A DNA stretch of 64,000 nucleotides, taken from the NCBI GenBank assembly GCA_951406725.2, contig OX597814.1, positions 191,642,001 to 191,706,000 on the forward strand, written 5' to 3'. This document shows, one piece after another, positions 10,573 to 22,410 of the stretch. Each line of letters starts with the position of its first letter. Position 1 is the first letter of the stretch. The notes under the pieces are model-generated. The model was not told where the DNA came from and did no database searches. It saw nothing but the letters and a program-made list of their open reading frames with translations. A program made the position numbers and the translations under genes. The DNA comes from Octopus vulgaris. Lineage: Eukaryota.

Positions 10573-11082
10573 ACACACACACACACACATGTATATGTAT
10601 ATATACATACACATACGTAAGTATGTATACATCAGTCTTTTTCAGTTTCTGACAAGGGTAATAATAGAAAACACTTCTCCAAGCAGCTGCACAGTGGGAC
10701 TGAACCCCAAACTATGTGTTTGGGAAGCAAACCTCTAAGCACACAGCCATACCTGAACCTTATATGCAACAACAGGTTTGAAAGACTCTAAAAACTAACA
10801 ATGGAGTTTGTACAATACAAATAGAAGAAAATAATGGTGATTTGTTCAATGGTATGTTTACTTGTGCTCAACTCAATGGCAGGTCATATTAGTGTAACAG
10901 TGTTTGTAATTAAAGTGTATTCAATAAATGTGTTATATGATCCCCATACATGATTCTCTCCATTTTGTTCAGTGCTATGCTGTTTGAGAAGAACTTAAAT
11001 CTTAATTAATCATATTATATTACATACACACACACACACACATATATATGCACACACACACATACATATATACATACAAACA

Positions 11083-11114
<32 letters not shown>

Positions 11115-11122
11115 CATACATA

Positions 11123-11158
<36 letters not shown>

Positions 11159-11552
11159 TGTGTGTATGTATATATATGTATATATGTGTGTATGTATATA
11201 TATGTATATATGTATATATGTATATATATATATACACACATACACAGCCACACACACACACACACACACACAAGTAAATACATATAATTGCCCATGTATT
11301 TGTAAGTCAGAAAAAATATGTACTTGTATATTTGTCAATGGAATGGGTATATTAATCAAACTATAAATCCATTTCAGTCAAATCTCCCAATTGGTTTTGC
11401 ACTGGATATTAGATAACCAGATATTGTCAACATGATTGTGAACTAACATCACATACTCCTCAGAGTTGGCAGGTATGGGAAAGAAAAAAGTCACTTGATC
11501 TCTTGCAAAACTGAAATATGGATCCATAATACTTTGCCTCATATATATATAT

Positions 11553-11941
11553 CGGACCCTCCGGCCCCTGTGCAGGTGGCACGTAAAAAGCACCCAATCC
11601 ACTCACGGAGTGGTTGGCGTTAGGAAGGGCATCCAGCCGTAGAAACTCTGCCAGATTCAGACTGGAGCCTGGTGCGGCCCCTGGCTTCCCAGACCCGGTC
11701 AAACCGTCCAACCCGTGCTAGCGCGGAAAGCGGACGTTAAACGATGATGATGATGATGATGATGATATATGACCTGGTGGAATGTAAAAGGCACCCATTA
11801 CACTCTTGGAGCGGTTGGCATTAGGAAGGGCTTCAAGCCATAGAAACTATACCAAATCAGAATGGAACCTGGTGCAGCTCTCCAGCTTACCTGTTTCAAC
11901 CAAACTGTCCAACCCATGCTTGTATGGAAAACAGACACTAA

Positions 11942-11978
<37 letters not shown>
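11553..11978 (+). mobile_element. Two consecutive RTE 3' UTR fragments
   Basis: Both have the ggagtggttggcgttaggaagggcatccagc...gttaaacgatgatg pattern; the second (from ~11770) is more diverged. Confidence 0.85.
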
Positions 11979-11979
<1 letters not shown>

Positions 11980-11999
11980 ATGTATATCTATGAAAAGTC

Positions 12000-13110
12000 A
12001 TCTAATACAAGCCCAATTAACCTTGACAACAACACTGAAGCCGTAAGTAAAAGAATGTGGGTATATGCATCAACCTAATTGAAGGATTAGAGTTCTCTTT
12101 CAAACAGAGTCAACCTTTTACAGTGTAAAACAACTTCACATGTGTTTCGAAGAAACTAATGTATGTATTAACTGTGTGTCGAGAGCAAGACATAGGCCAA
12201 ACCAAAAACAGTCTACATCAAAGGATGGTTCTGCATAGATCCTAGATCAAAATTTGGGAATACAGAAAAATAGCATTCAGCGAACACATCAACATTTGTG
12301 CCCCTAACAAACAACCTAGTTTCAGAGTTTTTCCCCTCTATAAATTCCTATATATATATATATAAGGAAAATAAGACAAGTAGAAAATGCTAAAATAATT
12401 TTATCAATGAAGAACATCTTAGTACCGGTTTCAGTCTTTGCGACTTTTTCAACTCAGAGTAAAGCATGAAAACAATTAGATTGTGGAAAAATTAAATGAA
12501 ATATTTTTTTTTAATATTTCCATAGTTTTCAAATACAAGGGACATGTTCCTTTTTTCTGTCTGTCTCTCTCTCTTTTACTCATGGGAAGTCTTGGTAGCA
12601 GATAGCAGCAGTCCTAATATTTGATATGAGGTCTTGGTTTAGATTGTTTAAGAAGAAGAAGAAGAAAAAGAAGAAGAAGAACGAGGAGGAGAAGAAGAAG
12701 AAGAAGAAGAAGAAGAAGAAGAAGAAGAAGAAGAAGAAGAAGAAGAAGAAGAAGAAATGCAGGAGTGGCATGACAGTAGTATGATGTTGGTGGAATCCTC
12801 TTAAATGGTCAAGTGACCTAAAAGTGACCTGTTGTGGTTGTAATAGTAGTGACTGAAATTGTTCTGAATAAATTGTTGTTAATATTTGCATGGGTATTAT
12901 TCTGAGGCCCTTGTAGTAGTGTGATTTGTGGAGGATGCATTCAAAAGGGGTTTATATTTTGTGATGAAATATGATTCTTTGCTAATGCACTGATTATAGG
13001 TTGCATCGTCCCTGAATTTATAGAAGGGAAAAATTCTGAAGCTGGATTGTTCGTTAGTGGTGCAAATGTTGATGTGTTCGCTGAATGCTATTTTTCTGTA
13101 TCCGTAGAAT
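12000..13110. mobile_element. Penelope-like remnants in inverted arrangement
   Basis: 12261-12347 is the inverted copy of 13014-13100, with a hammerhead motif at 12415-12458 between them. Confidence 0.55.
12415..12458 (-). ncRNA. Minimal hammerhead motif, U3-A8 variant
   Basis: tctgag-TTGAAAA-AGTC gcaaa GACT-GAA-ACCGGT-A-ctaaga. Confidence 0.65.
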
Positions 13111-13134
13111 AAACAAGAAACGCATACATGAGTA

Positions 13135-13555
13135 CTCTTTTACTCTTTACTCTTTTACTTGTTTCAGTCATTTGACTGCGGCCATGCTGGAGCACTGCCT
13201 TTAGTCGAGCAATTCGACCCCAGAACTTATTCTTTGTTTGTCTAGTACTTATTCTATCGGTCTCTTTTGCCAAACCGCTAAGTTATGGGGACATAAACAC
13301 ACCAGCATTGGTTGTCAAGCAATGCTGGGGGACAAACACAGACACACACACACACACACATATGTATGTATATATATATATATACATATATACAATGGGC
13401 TTCTTTCAGTTTCTGTCTACCAAATCCGCTCACAAGGCTTTAGTCGGCCCGAGGCTATAGTAGAAAACACTTGCCTAAGGTGCCATGCAGTGGGACTGAA
13501 CCTGGAACCATGTGGTTGGTAAGCAAGCTACTTACCACACAGCCACTCCTGCACC
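13135..13555 (-). mobile_element. SINE family 1, full length
   Basis: Full match to the in-window family consensus. Confidence 0.9.
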
Positions 13556-14067
13556 TATGTACCTATATTTTTTTAATTATTTTCAAAGGCAGAAAGTCAC
13601 AAAAGTGACTCAAAGGCTGTGAATTTTTTATTTTTGGCACTTATAATAAATAGCAAGTTGACAACTTGGCTATTTTAGTCACTGTTGAAACATTCTGTCA
13701 GTTAAAAAATATATATACATTCATATATACATATTGGAAGTGCATCAAGCTATAGATACCTTGCCAAATCAAACACTGGAATATGATGCAGTCCTCTGGC
13801 TCATCAGCTCCTGCAGAACCATCCAACTCATATCAGCATGAGTTGGATGTATCCAAAACAGATTCTAATTTGAGCCATGTTCTCTCTACAAAAACAAGGC
13901 AATTTTTGAATTCCAGTCAGAAGGAAGGCAGTTGCAGCATAGCTCCATATTTTCCTCTCTTAACGTTCAAAGATCAAAGAAATTTGTGTAACTGGATGAA
14001 TCTTTAAAAATTAAAAGATAAAAAATCTAGACGAATACCTGTGTATTTTCAACTTCTATTATATACA

Positions 14068-14462
14068 TACTCTTTTACTTGTTTCAGTCATTTGACTGCG
14101 GTCATGCTGGAGCACCGCCTTTAGTCGAGCAAATCGACCCCGGGACTTATTCTTTGTAAGCCCAGTACTTATTCTATCGGTCTCTTTTGCCGAACCGCTA
14201 AGTGACAGGGACGTAAACACACCAGCATCGGTTGTCAAGCAATGCTAGGGGGACAAACACAGACACACAAACACACACACACATATATATATACATATAT
14301 ACGACAGGCTTCTTTCAGTTTCCGTCTACCAAATCCACTCACAAGGCATTGGTCGGCCCGGGGCTATAGCAGAAGACACTTGCCCAAGATGCCACGCAGT
14401 GGGACTGAACCCAGAACCATGTGGTTGGTAAGCAAGCTACTTACCACACAGCCACTCCTGTG

Positions 14463-14463
<1 letters not shown>
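14068..14463 (-). mobile_element. SINE family 1, full length, young subfamily
   Basis: Almost identical to the inverted copy at 54563-54985. Confidence 0.9.
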
Positions 14464-14528
<65 letters not shown>

Positions 14529-14976
14529 GTGCTCCAGCATGGCCGCAGTCAAATGACTGAAACATGTAAAAGAGTAAAAGAATATATATATATATATATA
14601 TAAATTGTTCCATCTTTAAGGTGATTCAGTTAATAAAACCAGTTTACATATTTCTTTTGTATTCTCTTTTTTATAATTGTCATTTTACTTGTAACCACAC
14701 CTTTTCTGGTTTAAAACAGGGGTCTGCAATGGATTAATTACATTTTAGTTAATTTCAATGGAACAAATTGATTTGTAAAACAAGTAAATTGTAACATGAG
14801 CTTGGTCATGGATCAAATTAAACTCATACTGTGTGGTATCACTGTATATATATATATAATACCATTAAGAGTCTTTATTCCAGATAAATTAAAAAGATAT
14901 CATGATATCATGTTTTTATTAGTTTTCCTTTAACAGATAATCATAATTAAATAGAAAATAATAATACATAAAAGAT

Positions 14977-15365
14977 AGGCATAGGAGTGGCTGTGTGGTA
15001 AGTAGCTTGCTTACCAACCACATGGTTCTGGGTTCAGTCCCACTGTGTGGCACCTTGGGCAAGTGTCTTCTACTACAGCCTTGGGCTGACCAAAGCCTTG
15101 TGAGTGGATTTGGTAGACAGAAACTGAAAGAAGCCCGTCATATATATGTATATATGTATGTGAGTGTGTATAAGTTTGGGTGTCTGTGTTTGTCCCCTCA
15201 ACATCACTTGACAACCGATGCTGGTGTGTTTATGTCTTTGTAACTTAGCGGTTTAGCTAAAGAGACCAATAGAATAAGTACAAGGCTTACAAAGAATAAG
15301 TCCTGGGGTCGATTTGCTCCAGCATGGCCGCAGTCAAATGACTGAAACAAGTAAAAGAATAAAAG
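14977..15365 (+). mobile_element. SINE family 1
   Basis: Match to family consensus. Confidence 0.88.
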
Positions 15366-16204
15366 ACTAGCAAGGGAGAATGGGCACCAGCCAGCCAGTC
15401 CAAAGGTTGGGGCAGGCTGCACTTGCCTACCTCGGTTGCTATGGCACTGAGGTAGATCCGGCCACCTCGTTAACAGGGACAAAACCCGAATTTACAACAC
15501 TGGATGATGATGATGATAATGATAAATATATAAAACAGACTATTATTTTTTTACAGATAATTGTCTATTCTGTGACCTAACTGGTGATTAGAATTTTTCT
15601 TGTTATACACATGCCAAGTTGGCTGTGGTTGCCAATATATACACATACGATAATTGCTAATTATGCTTTCGTTATATGCTAGGGTTACTGTGATATCTAA
15701 GATATAGAATTGGCTGGCTACGATGTCAAAGATATATATACTAGAGTCACTATTATTGCTAAGGTAGCTGCTGGGCTGGCATTGTTGTCTAATATATATA
15801 TATGCTAGAATGGCTGTATTCTAAGATATATGCTAGGATGGGTATGTATACACACACACACACACACACACATACATCCACACACACTCACACATACATC
15901 CACACACACACACTCACACACACACACACACACTATCACACACACGCACATACATACTCACACACAATATCACACACACACACATACTCTCACACACACT
16001 CATACAGATACTTACACACACTTACACACACACGCAAACTCTCACACACACTCACTCACACATACACACATACACTCACACACACTCACATACACTATCA
16101 CACACACACATGCACGTGCACACACACACTCTCTCACACACACTCACACTCTCTCTCTCACACACACATGTGCGCATACTCATACACACACACCTATGAG
16201 TATA

Positions 16205-16411
16205 CGAGGTGGGTGCTGAAAAGTTCCTGGCTTTGGGCAAAAGAAAATACCCGAGGATCAATTAATAATGATTTTATTCAACACATTCCTTACTCAGATT
16301 CACACACTTATTGCAGAGGTCCTTCAATTTTCCTAAGACATGTAAAAGAACTAGCGAGGTCAAGCTTCCAAATAGGCCTTTCGCAATACCCTTAAAGCCA
16401 GGAACTTTTCA
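16205..16411 (-). mobile_element. Mariner-derived MITE
   Basis: TIR tgaaaagttcctggcttt / aaagccaggaacttttca, preceded by TA; inverted homologue of 51078-51286. Confidence 0.75.
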
Positions 16412-16849
16412 AGAAGAAGAAGAAGAAGAAGAAGACGAAGAAGACAAAGAAGAAGAAGATGAAGAAGAAGGAGGAGGAGGAGGAGGAGAAGAAGAAGAAG
16501 AACATCCCCACTTTGCATATATGGCTGTGTGGTAAGAGGTCTGCTTCCCAGTCACATGATGGTGGTGGTGATGGTGGTGATGGTGATGGTGATAATGAGG
16601 ACAATCCTCAGCTGGACAGTTGCCTGGTCCACTTTGATCCTCTACATAATCCTTACAACCTCCCAGAAAAAAAAAAACAAGGAAGAAACCCCAAAAAACC
16701 CCAGCCAAATCTTCTTCACCCTTTATTTGTCTATGGAAAGGAAATGTTAGGTAGCATTTTCCTATATGGAGGGATGGTTATGGCTGGAATACCTTTGACC
16801 AAACTACTGAACCAAGAAAATTAGTACATCATTTACATTATTTTGATTA

Positions 16850-17230
16850 TGTAGCAGCACAAGCAGTCAGCGCCATATTGGATGAGATCTCGCGGCAACC
16901 ATTGCCATCTCCGAGACTGGAATGAGACCTCACCTGCATCCATTTGCCATGCGCAAGATCACAACGAGGCTCGTGATGAAAACTATATAAACAGGAAACC
17001 GATTCAGACCTTTCTCTCTTCTTTGGTGCCATTACACAGCAGCACTGGCTGAACACCAGCACTGGCAGAGCTTTTCTGCCTGTCTATCTCCAGAAGCAAT
17101 GCACCCACACTATCGGAGCTTAAGATGGTAGCTGAGAGCAGCACACTTCACTTTTCCTGTAAATAAACCAGTTGTAAATAGCATTTATGCTTGAAGTTTT
17201 TCTGTTTGCCTGCCGAAAGCCTGAACTACA
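16850..17230 (+). mobile_element. Solo LTR of an LTR retrotransposon
   Basis: 381-bp GC-richer island with TGTAG...CTACA termini, TATATAA at ~16985 and AATAAA at ~17162. No clean TSD. Confidence 0.75.
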
Positions 17231-17291
17231 TAAAGAACAAGAAGATGATGGAAGAAAACGATATTCCTCCGATATCGTAAACCTTGCCTTC

Positions 17292-18575
17292 CATTACTAA
17301 AATTATTTACATTCGACGGATATTTGTCCTCATCTTGTTTGTTGTTAACACACATGTATGGTCTCCTTAAGATTCACAAGGATGGTATTCCATTAAGACC
17401 TATAGTGAGCTGTAGAGGTTCAGCATGTCATCCACTGAGCCGCTTCCTTGTGGATATAATCAGTCCATTAGCAGGAAAGTCAACATCGTACGTGAAGAAT
17501 TCCACCCACTTCACAGAATTGATCAAGGATCAATTGAATCCAACCAGATGGTGACTCTAGATGTGATAAGCCTGTTCACCAAAGTCCCAACTGGTGAAGC
17601 ACTATCGGTGATACAAGAAGAACTAGTGACAGACACCCATCTAAAAGAATGCACTAGTATACCAATAAGAAACTTGATAGAAATGACCTTCTGTGTAGAA
17701 ACTATCTACTTCAGTATGGACACTGATATATATCAACAAGAGGATGGTTTAGCTATGGGTTCGCTATTATCACCGGTAACAGCCAATATATACATGGAAT
17801 ACTTTCAGAATTTGGCTTTAGGATCAACACCACTAAAACCAACACTATGTTGATGACACCTTTATACCTGGCCCCACCAGGAAGATGTCCAAGTGCTGTT
17901 AGATCATGTGAAATCAATAAAGCCATCCATACAGTTCACAATGGAAAAGGAAAATACAATCAGCTGGCATTCCTGGACGTATTAACAGCATGCACTAAGT
18001 ATGGAATTAGGACATCTGTATACCACAAGCTGACCTTTACTGGACGATACCTCAACTTCAATTCCCACCATCCATCGGTGCCTAAAACATCATACAACGA
18101 ATATAAGTAGCGATTGTGATACACACCGCGAAGAAATGATCAAGCTCAAAAATGATCAGTTAAGCAACAACTACCCCAAAAGTATATTATCCACTCCAAT
18201 TATGAAGAAGAGAGAGGATGAGGCCAATAAACTGTCCACTGTCTGTCTACCCTATGTGAAAGGCCTCTCTGAAAAGATATGTGGCCCATATGATATCAGG
18301 ACAGTATTCAAGAGTAATACAACACTTCACAACTATCTCATTTGAGTAAAAGCCACCAATAAAAGAGAATATGACCAAAGACTGCATGTACTCCATCCCA
18401 TGCAGTTGTGGTAGGTTATACAAAGCCGAAACATGCCGCCCCCTCAATATAAGGGTAGATGAACATCGCAAAGCTGTGACACTAGGAGATATTGATAAAT
18501 CGGGTATAGCTGATCATATATGGAAAAATGGAGACCACCTCACTATAGTTAAAATAATAGACAGAGAAAACTACT
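17292..18575 (+). pseudogene. Penelope-like RT plus GIY-YIG endonuclease, frameshifted
   Basis: YGLLKIHKDGIPLRPIVS, LDVISLFTKVP, GLAMGSLLSP, FLDV, TGRYLNFNSHHP, LPYVKGLSE, YSIPCSCG...ETCRPLNIRVDEH. Confidence 0.9.
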
Positions 18576-18591
18576 GGTTAGTCTGTGGCCA

Positions 18592-19173
18592 AAGAAGAAG
18601 AAAAAGAAGAAGGTGAAGGTGGAAAAGGAGAAGAAGGAGGAGGAGGAGGGTAGCAGCAGCAGTAGTAGAAGAAGAAGAAGAAGAAGAAGAAGAAGAAGAA
18701 GAAGAAGACAAAGACGAAGAAGAAAAAGAAGAAGAAGAAGACAAAGAAGAAGAAGAAGACAAAGACGAAGAAGAAGAAGAAGAAAAAGAAGAAGAAGAAG
18801 ACAAAGACGAAGAAGAAGACAAGGACGAAGAAGAAGAAGAAGAAGAAGAAGAAGAAGAAGAAGAAGAAGGAGGAGGAGGAGACAAAGACAAAAAAGAAGA
18901 AGAAGAAGAAGAAGAAGAAGAAGAAGAAGAAGAAGAAGAAGAAGGAGGAGAAGAAGAAGGAGGAGGAGAAGAAGGAGGAGAAGAAGAGCAACAACAACAA
19001 CAGCTGCAACAAATATGACAATAGTAATTGTGACAACAGCAAGCAAGATGAAGTAGAAGAACAGCAATAACAACAACAACAACAACAACAGCAAGAGCAA
19101 TAATAACAACAGCAAATATGTCAACAACATCAACAATAACATCAATAACAACAACCACAGCAACAACAGTAGC

Positions 19174-19205
<32 letters not shown>

Positions 19206-19315
19206 GTAGCAGCAGTAACCATAACAACAGCAATGATAATAATCACAGAAACAAAAAACACAACAACAATAACAACAACAACAACAATAGCAGTAACAAC
19301 AACATCAACTACAAA
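18592..19315. repeat. Compound (AGA)n/(AGG)n/(AAC)n microsatellite
   Basis: Direct reading. Confidence 0.97.
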
Positions 19316-19334
19316 TGCGCTCATTGGTCCACAT

Positions 19335-20465
19335 CAGGGATCCCTAACCACTAAGTTGCAGACAGGTTGTGGAATGTCTGCTTCTGGGTCATGCAGAAAG
19401 AATGAATTTTTATAATTTTATTTCTAGTTTATTGATTGTTGCAGTCTGCAGGGAGTTTTTACATGATAAATATATGCTACATTTGTATTTGGTTGGAATC
19501 GTAGTCACAGCCGATGCCATTGCTGTGTGAGTGGCACTTGTGCCAGTAGAACATAAAAGGCACTGTTCAAGCTTTGAGCCTCGTAGTCATGACCAGACCA
19601 ATGCCAGTGGCATGTAAAAAGCACCCACTACACTCTTTGAGTGGTTGGTGTTAGGAAGGACATCCAGCTGTAGAAACCATGTCAAACCAGATATCAACCT
19701 GGTGCAGCTCCCCAGCTTACCAGTTCTCAGTCAAACCGTCCAACCTATGCCTGTATGGAAAATCGACATTAAATAATAATGTGTAATAATTGAATTATAT
19801 GGTAAGTACCCTCTCTTATTTCTTTATTGCCCACAAGGGGCTAAACATAGAGGGGACAAACAAGGACAGACAAAGGGATTAAGTCAATTACATCAACCCC
19901 AGTGTGTAACTGGTACTTAATTTATCGACCCCGAAAGGATGAAAGGCAAAGTTGACCTCGGCGGAATTTGAACTCAGAACGTAGTGGCAGACGAAATACC
20001 TATTTCTTTACAAGGGGCTAAACACAGAGAGGACAAACAAGGACAGACAAATGGATTGAGTTGATTATATCGACCTCAGTGCGTAACTGGTACTTAATTT
20101 ATCGACCCCCAAAAGGATGAAAGGCAAAGTCGACCTTGGCGGAGTTTGAACCCAGAACATAAAGACAGACAAAATACTTATTTCTTTACTACCCACAAGG
20201 GGCTAAACACAGAGGGGACAAATAAGGACAGACAAACAGATTAAGTCGATTATATCGACCCCAGTGCGTAACTGGTACTTAATTTATCGACCCCGAAAGG
20301 ATGAAAGGCAAAATTGACCTCGGTGGAATTTGAACCCAGAACATAAAGACAGACGAAAGATGATGATGATTGTTTTTTGTTATGTCTGTGATCCTCTGGT
20401 CAGTGGAAAAATTGTCTTGCATGGGACCAATTCATGGGGCAAAAAATGGTTCAGGACCATTAATG
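19335..20465. mobile_element. Old hAT-like MITE split by nested insertions
   Basis: Left end cagggatccctaacca; right end ...gtggaaaaattgtcttgcatg...aaaaatggttcaggacca; degenerate 8-bp flanks gtccacat/gtcaacag. Confidence 0.4.
19817..20358 (-). mobile_element. SINE family 2 (Nin/Deu-like core), headless tandem trimer
   Basis: Three ~180-bp units, each with the core GGTCGACTTTGCCTTTCATCCTTTCGGGGTCGATAAATTAAGTACCAG on the minus strand. Confidence 0.88.
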
Positions 20466-21061
20466 GTCAACAGGATCTGAACTGACCTGGGGCTAAACAA
20501 GAAAAGCACTGGGCGAGAAATTTGGAGGAAATGGAAAGAACTGAATGGAGTATTCTCCAGTATATTACTGGTATTTATGACAGTAACAATGACAAAGGAA
20601 CCTCTACGTGTTTGATTGACCTGGTAGATGTAGCAGCCAAATCTCCCTCAAATCTCAACTCTTCTGTCTTTTAAAAGAAAAAAAAATATGTATAGGACAC
20701 ATGAGATAATGTGATCCTAGATGTGTTATATATTATTCTTTTGTTTCAGACATTTGACTGCGGCCATGCTGGAGCACCGCCTTTACTGAAGAAGGTGGTA
20801 AAAAGGTGGAGGGATACAGGATGGTCACAGCTTGAATGCCATTTGCTCATAAGTCTGATTTGCCAGAGCTGAGCTGGAAGCAACAGCAGCAGCAGCCGTC
20901 CAAGTGGTGATGGGCGTCAACGAAGAGCCTTCGACTACAACAAGACAACCAAAGTTTTTTTTTCCCAAGGTCTGGGGTCTCCCGCCCCCTAAGCCCTAGA
21001 CCATCACCTAGTCACCATTACCCATCTTGTTGCTTAACAACAACAACAGCAGCAGCAGGCA

Positions 21062-21415
21062 AAGAAGAAGAAGAAGAAGAAGAAGAAGAAGAAGAAGAAG
21101 AAGAAGAAGAAGAAGAAGAAGAAGAAGAAGAAGAAGAAGAAGAAGAAGAAGAAGAAGAAGAAGAAGAAGAAGAAGAAGAAGAAGAAGAAGAAGAAGAAGA
21201 AGAAGAAGAAGAAGAAGAAGAAGAAGAAGAAGAAGAAGAAGAAGAAGAAGAAGAAGAAGAACGAGAAGAAGAAGAAGAAGAAGAAGAAGAAGAAGAAGAA
21301 GAAGAAGAAGAAGAAGAAGAAGAAGAAGAAGAAGAAGAAGAAGAAGAAGGAGAAGAAGGAGAAGAAGGAGAAGAAGAAGAAGAAGAAGAAGAAGAAAAGA
21401 AGAGGAGGAAGAAGA
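21062..21415. repeat. Very long (AGA)n microsatellite
   Basis: About 350 bp of nearly pure polypurine. Confidence 0.98.
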
Positions 21416-21762
21416 TGTGGTGGTGGTGCCATCAGAAAGCTGTGACAGCAACCACATCAGCAGTAGCAGCAGCATCAGCAGCAGCAGTTATGTAAATTAG
21501 TTTTGCATATCTACCACCCTATTCCTCTATATATTTGACACACAGACATCACCACCACCACCACCACCACCACCACCATTGTCATCATCACCATTGTCAT
21601 CATTACCATCAGTAGTAGACATCTATAGTAGTAGTTATACTAAGAGTCGCAACTGTACTTTGGCTTGGACACACACTAAGCTCCTTCATTGTAACAATGA
21701 CAACCAGTTTTCTACCTACATGATTGCTTTGATAAATTTTCTAAGGAAATTTTCACTACATC

Positions 21763-21764
<2 letters not shown>

Positions 21765-21806
<42 letters not shown>

Positions 21807-21838
21807 TAAGAAGAAGAAGAATGATAATGATGATGATG

Positions 21839-21875
<37 letters not shown>

Positions 21876-22001
21876 TAATAATAATAATTAGAAGAAGAAG
21901 AATGATAATAATAATAATAGTAATAATAATAATAATAATAAGAAGAAGAAGAAGAAGAAAAAGAAGAAGAAGAAGAATGATAATAATAATAATAATAATA
22001 A

Positions 22002-22032
<31 letters not shown>

Positions 22033-22156
22033 AAGAAGAAAAGAATGATAATAATAATAATAATAATGATGATGATGATGATGATGATGATGATAATACT
22101 AATAATAATAATAATAATAATAATAATGATGATGATGATGATGATGATGATAATAC

Positions 22157-22204
<48 letters not shown>

Positions 22205-22229
22205 TAATAATAATAATAATAAGAAGAAG

Positions 22230-22260
<31 letters not shown>

Positions 22261-22338
22261 AAAAATAATAATAATAATGATAATAATAATAATAATAATA
22301 ATAAGAATGATAATGATGATGATGATGATAATAATAAC

Positions 22339-22394
<56 letters not shown>

Positions 22395-22410
22395 CAACAA
22401 CAACAATAAT
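21765..22410. repeat. Compound (AAT)n/(GAT)n/(AGA)n microsatellite
   Basis: Direct reading. Confidence 0.97.

Noticed and set aside
11378-11472. Exon-like segment (tttcag...cag|gtatgg)
   Set aside because: Stops in all three frames; could only be non-coding, and there is no further support.
18549-19415. Poly-Arg/Leu/Ser/Phe ORFs
   Set aside because: Trinucleotide microsatellite artefacts; the same applies to 21008-22479, 55956-56519 and 61684-63023.
19817-20358. CRISPR-like regular repeats
   Set aside because: Units are ~180-bp whole SINE bodies with no unique spacers; eukaryotic context and no cas genes.
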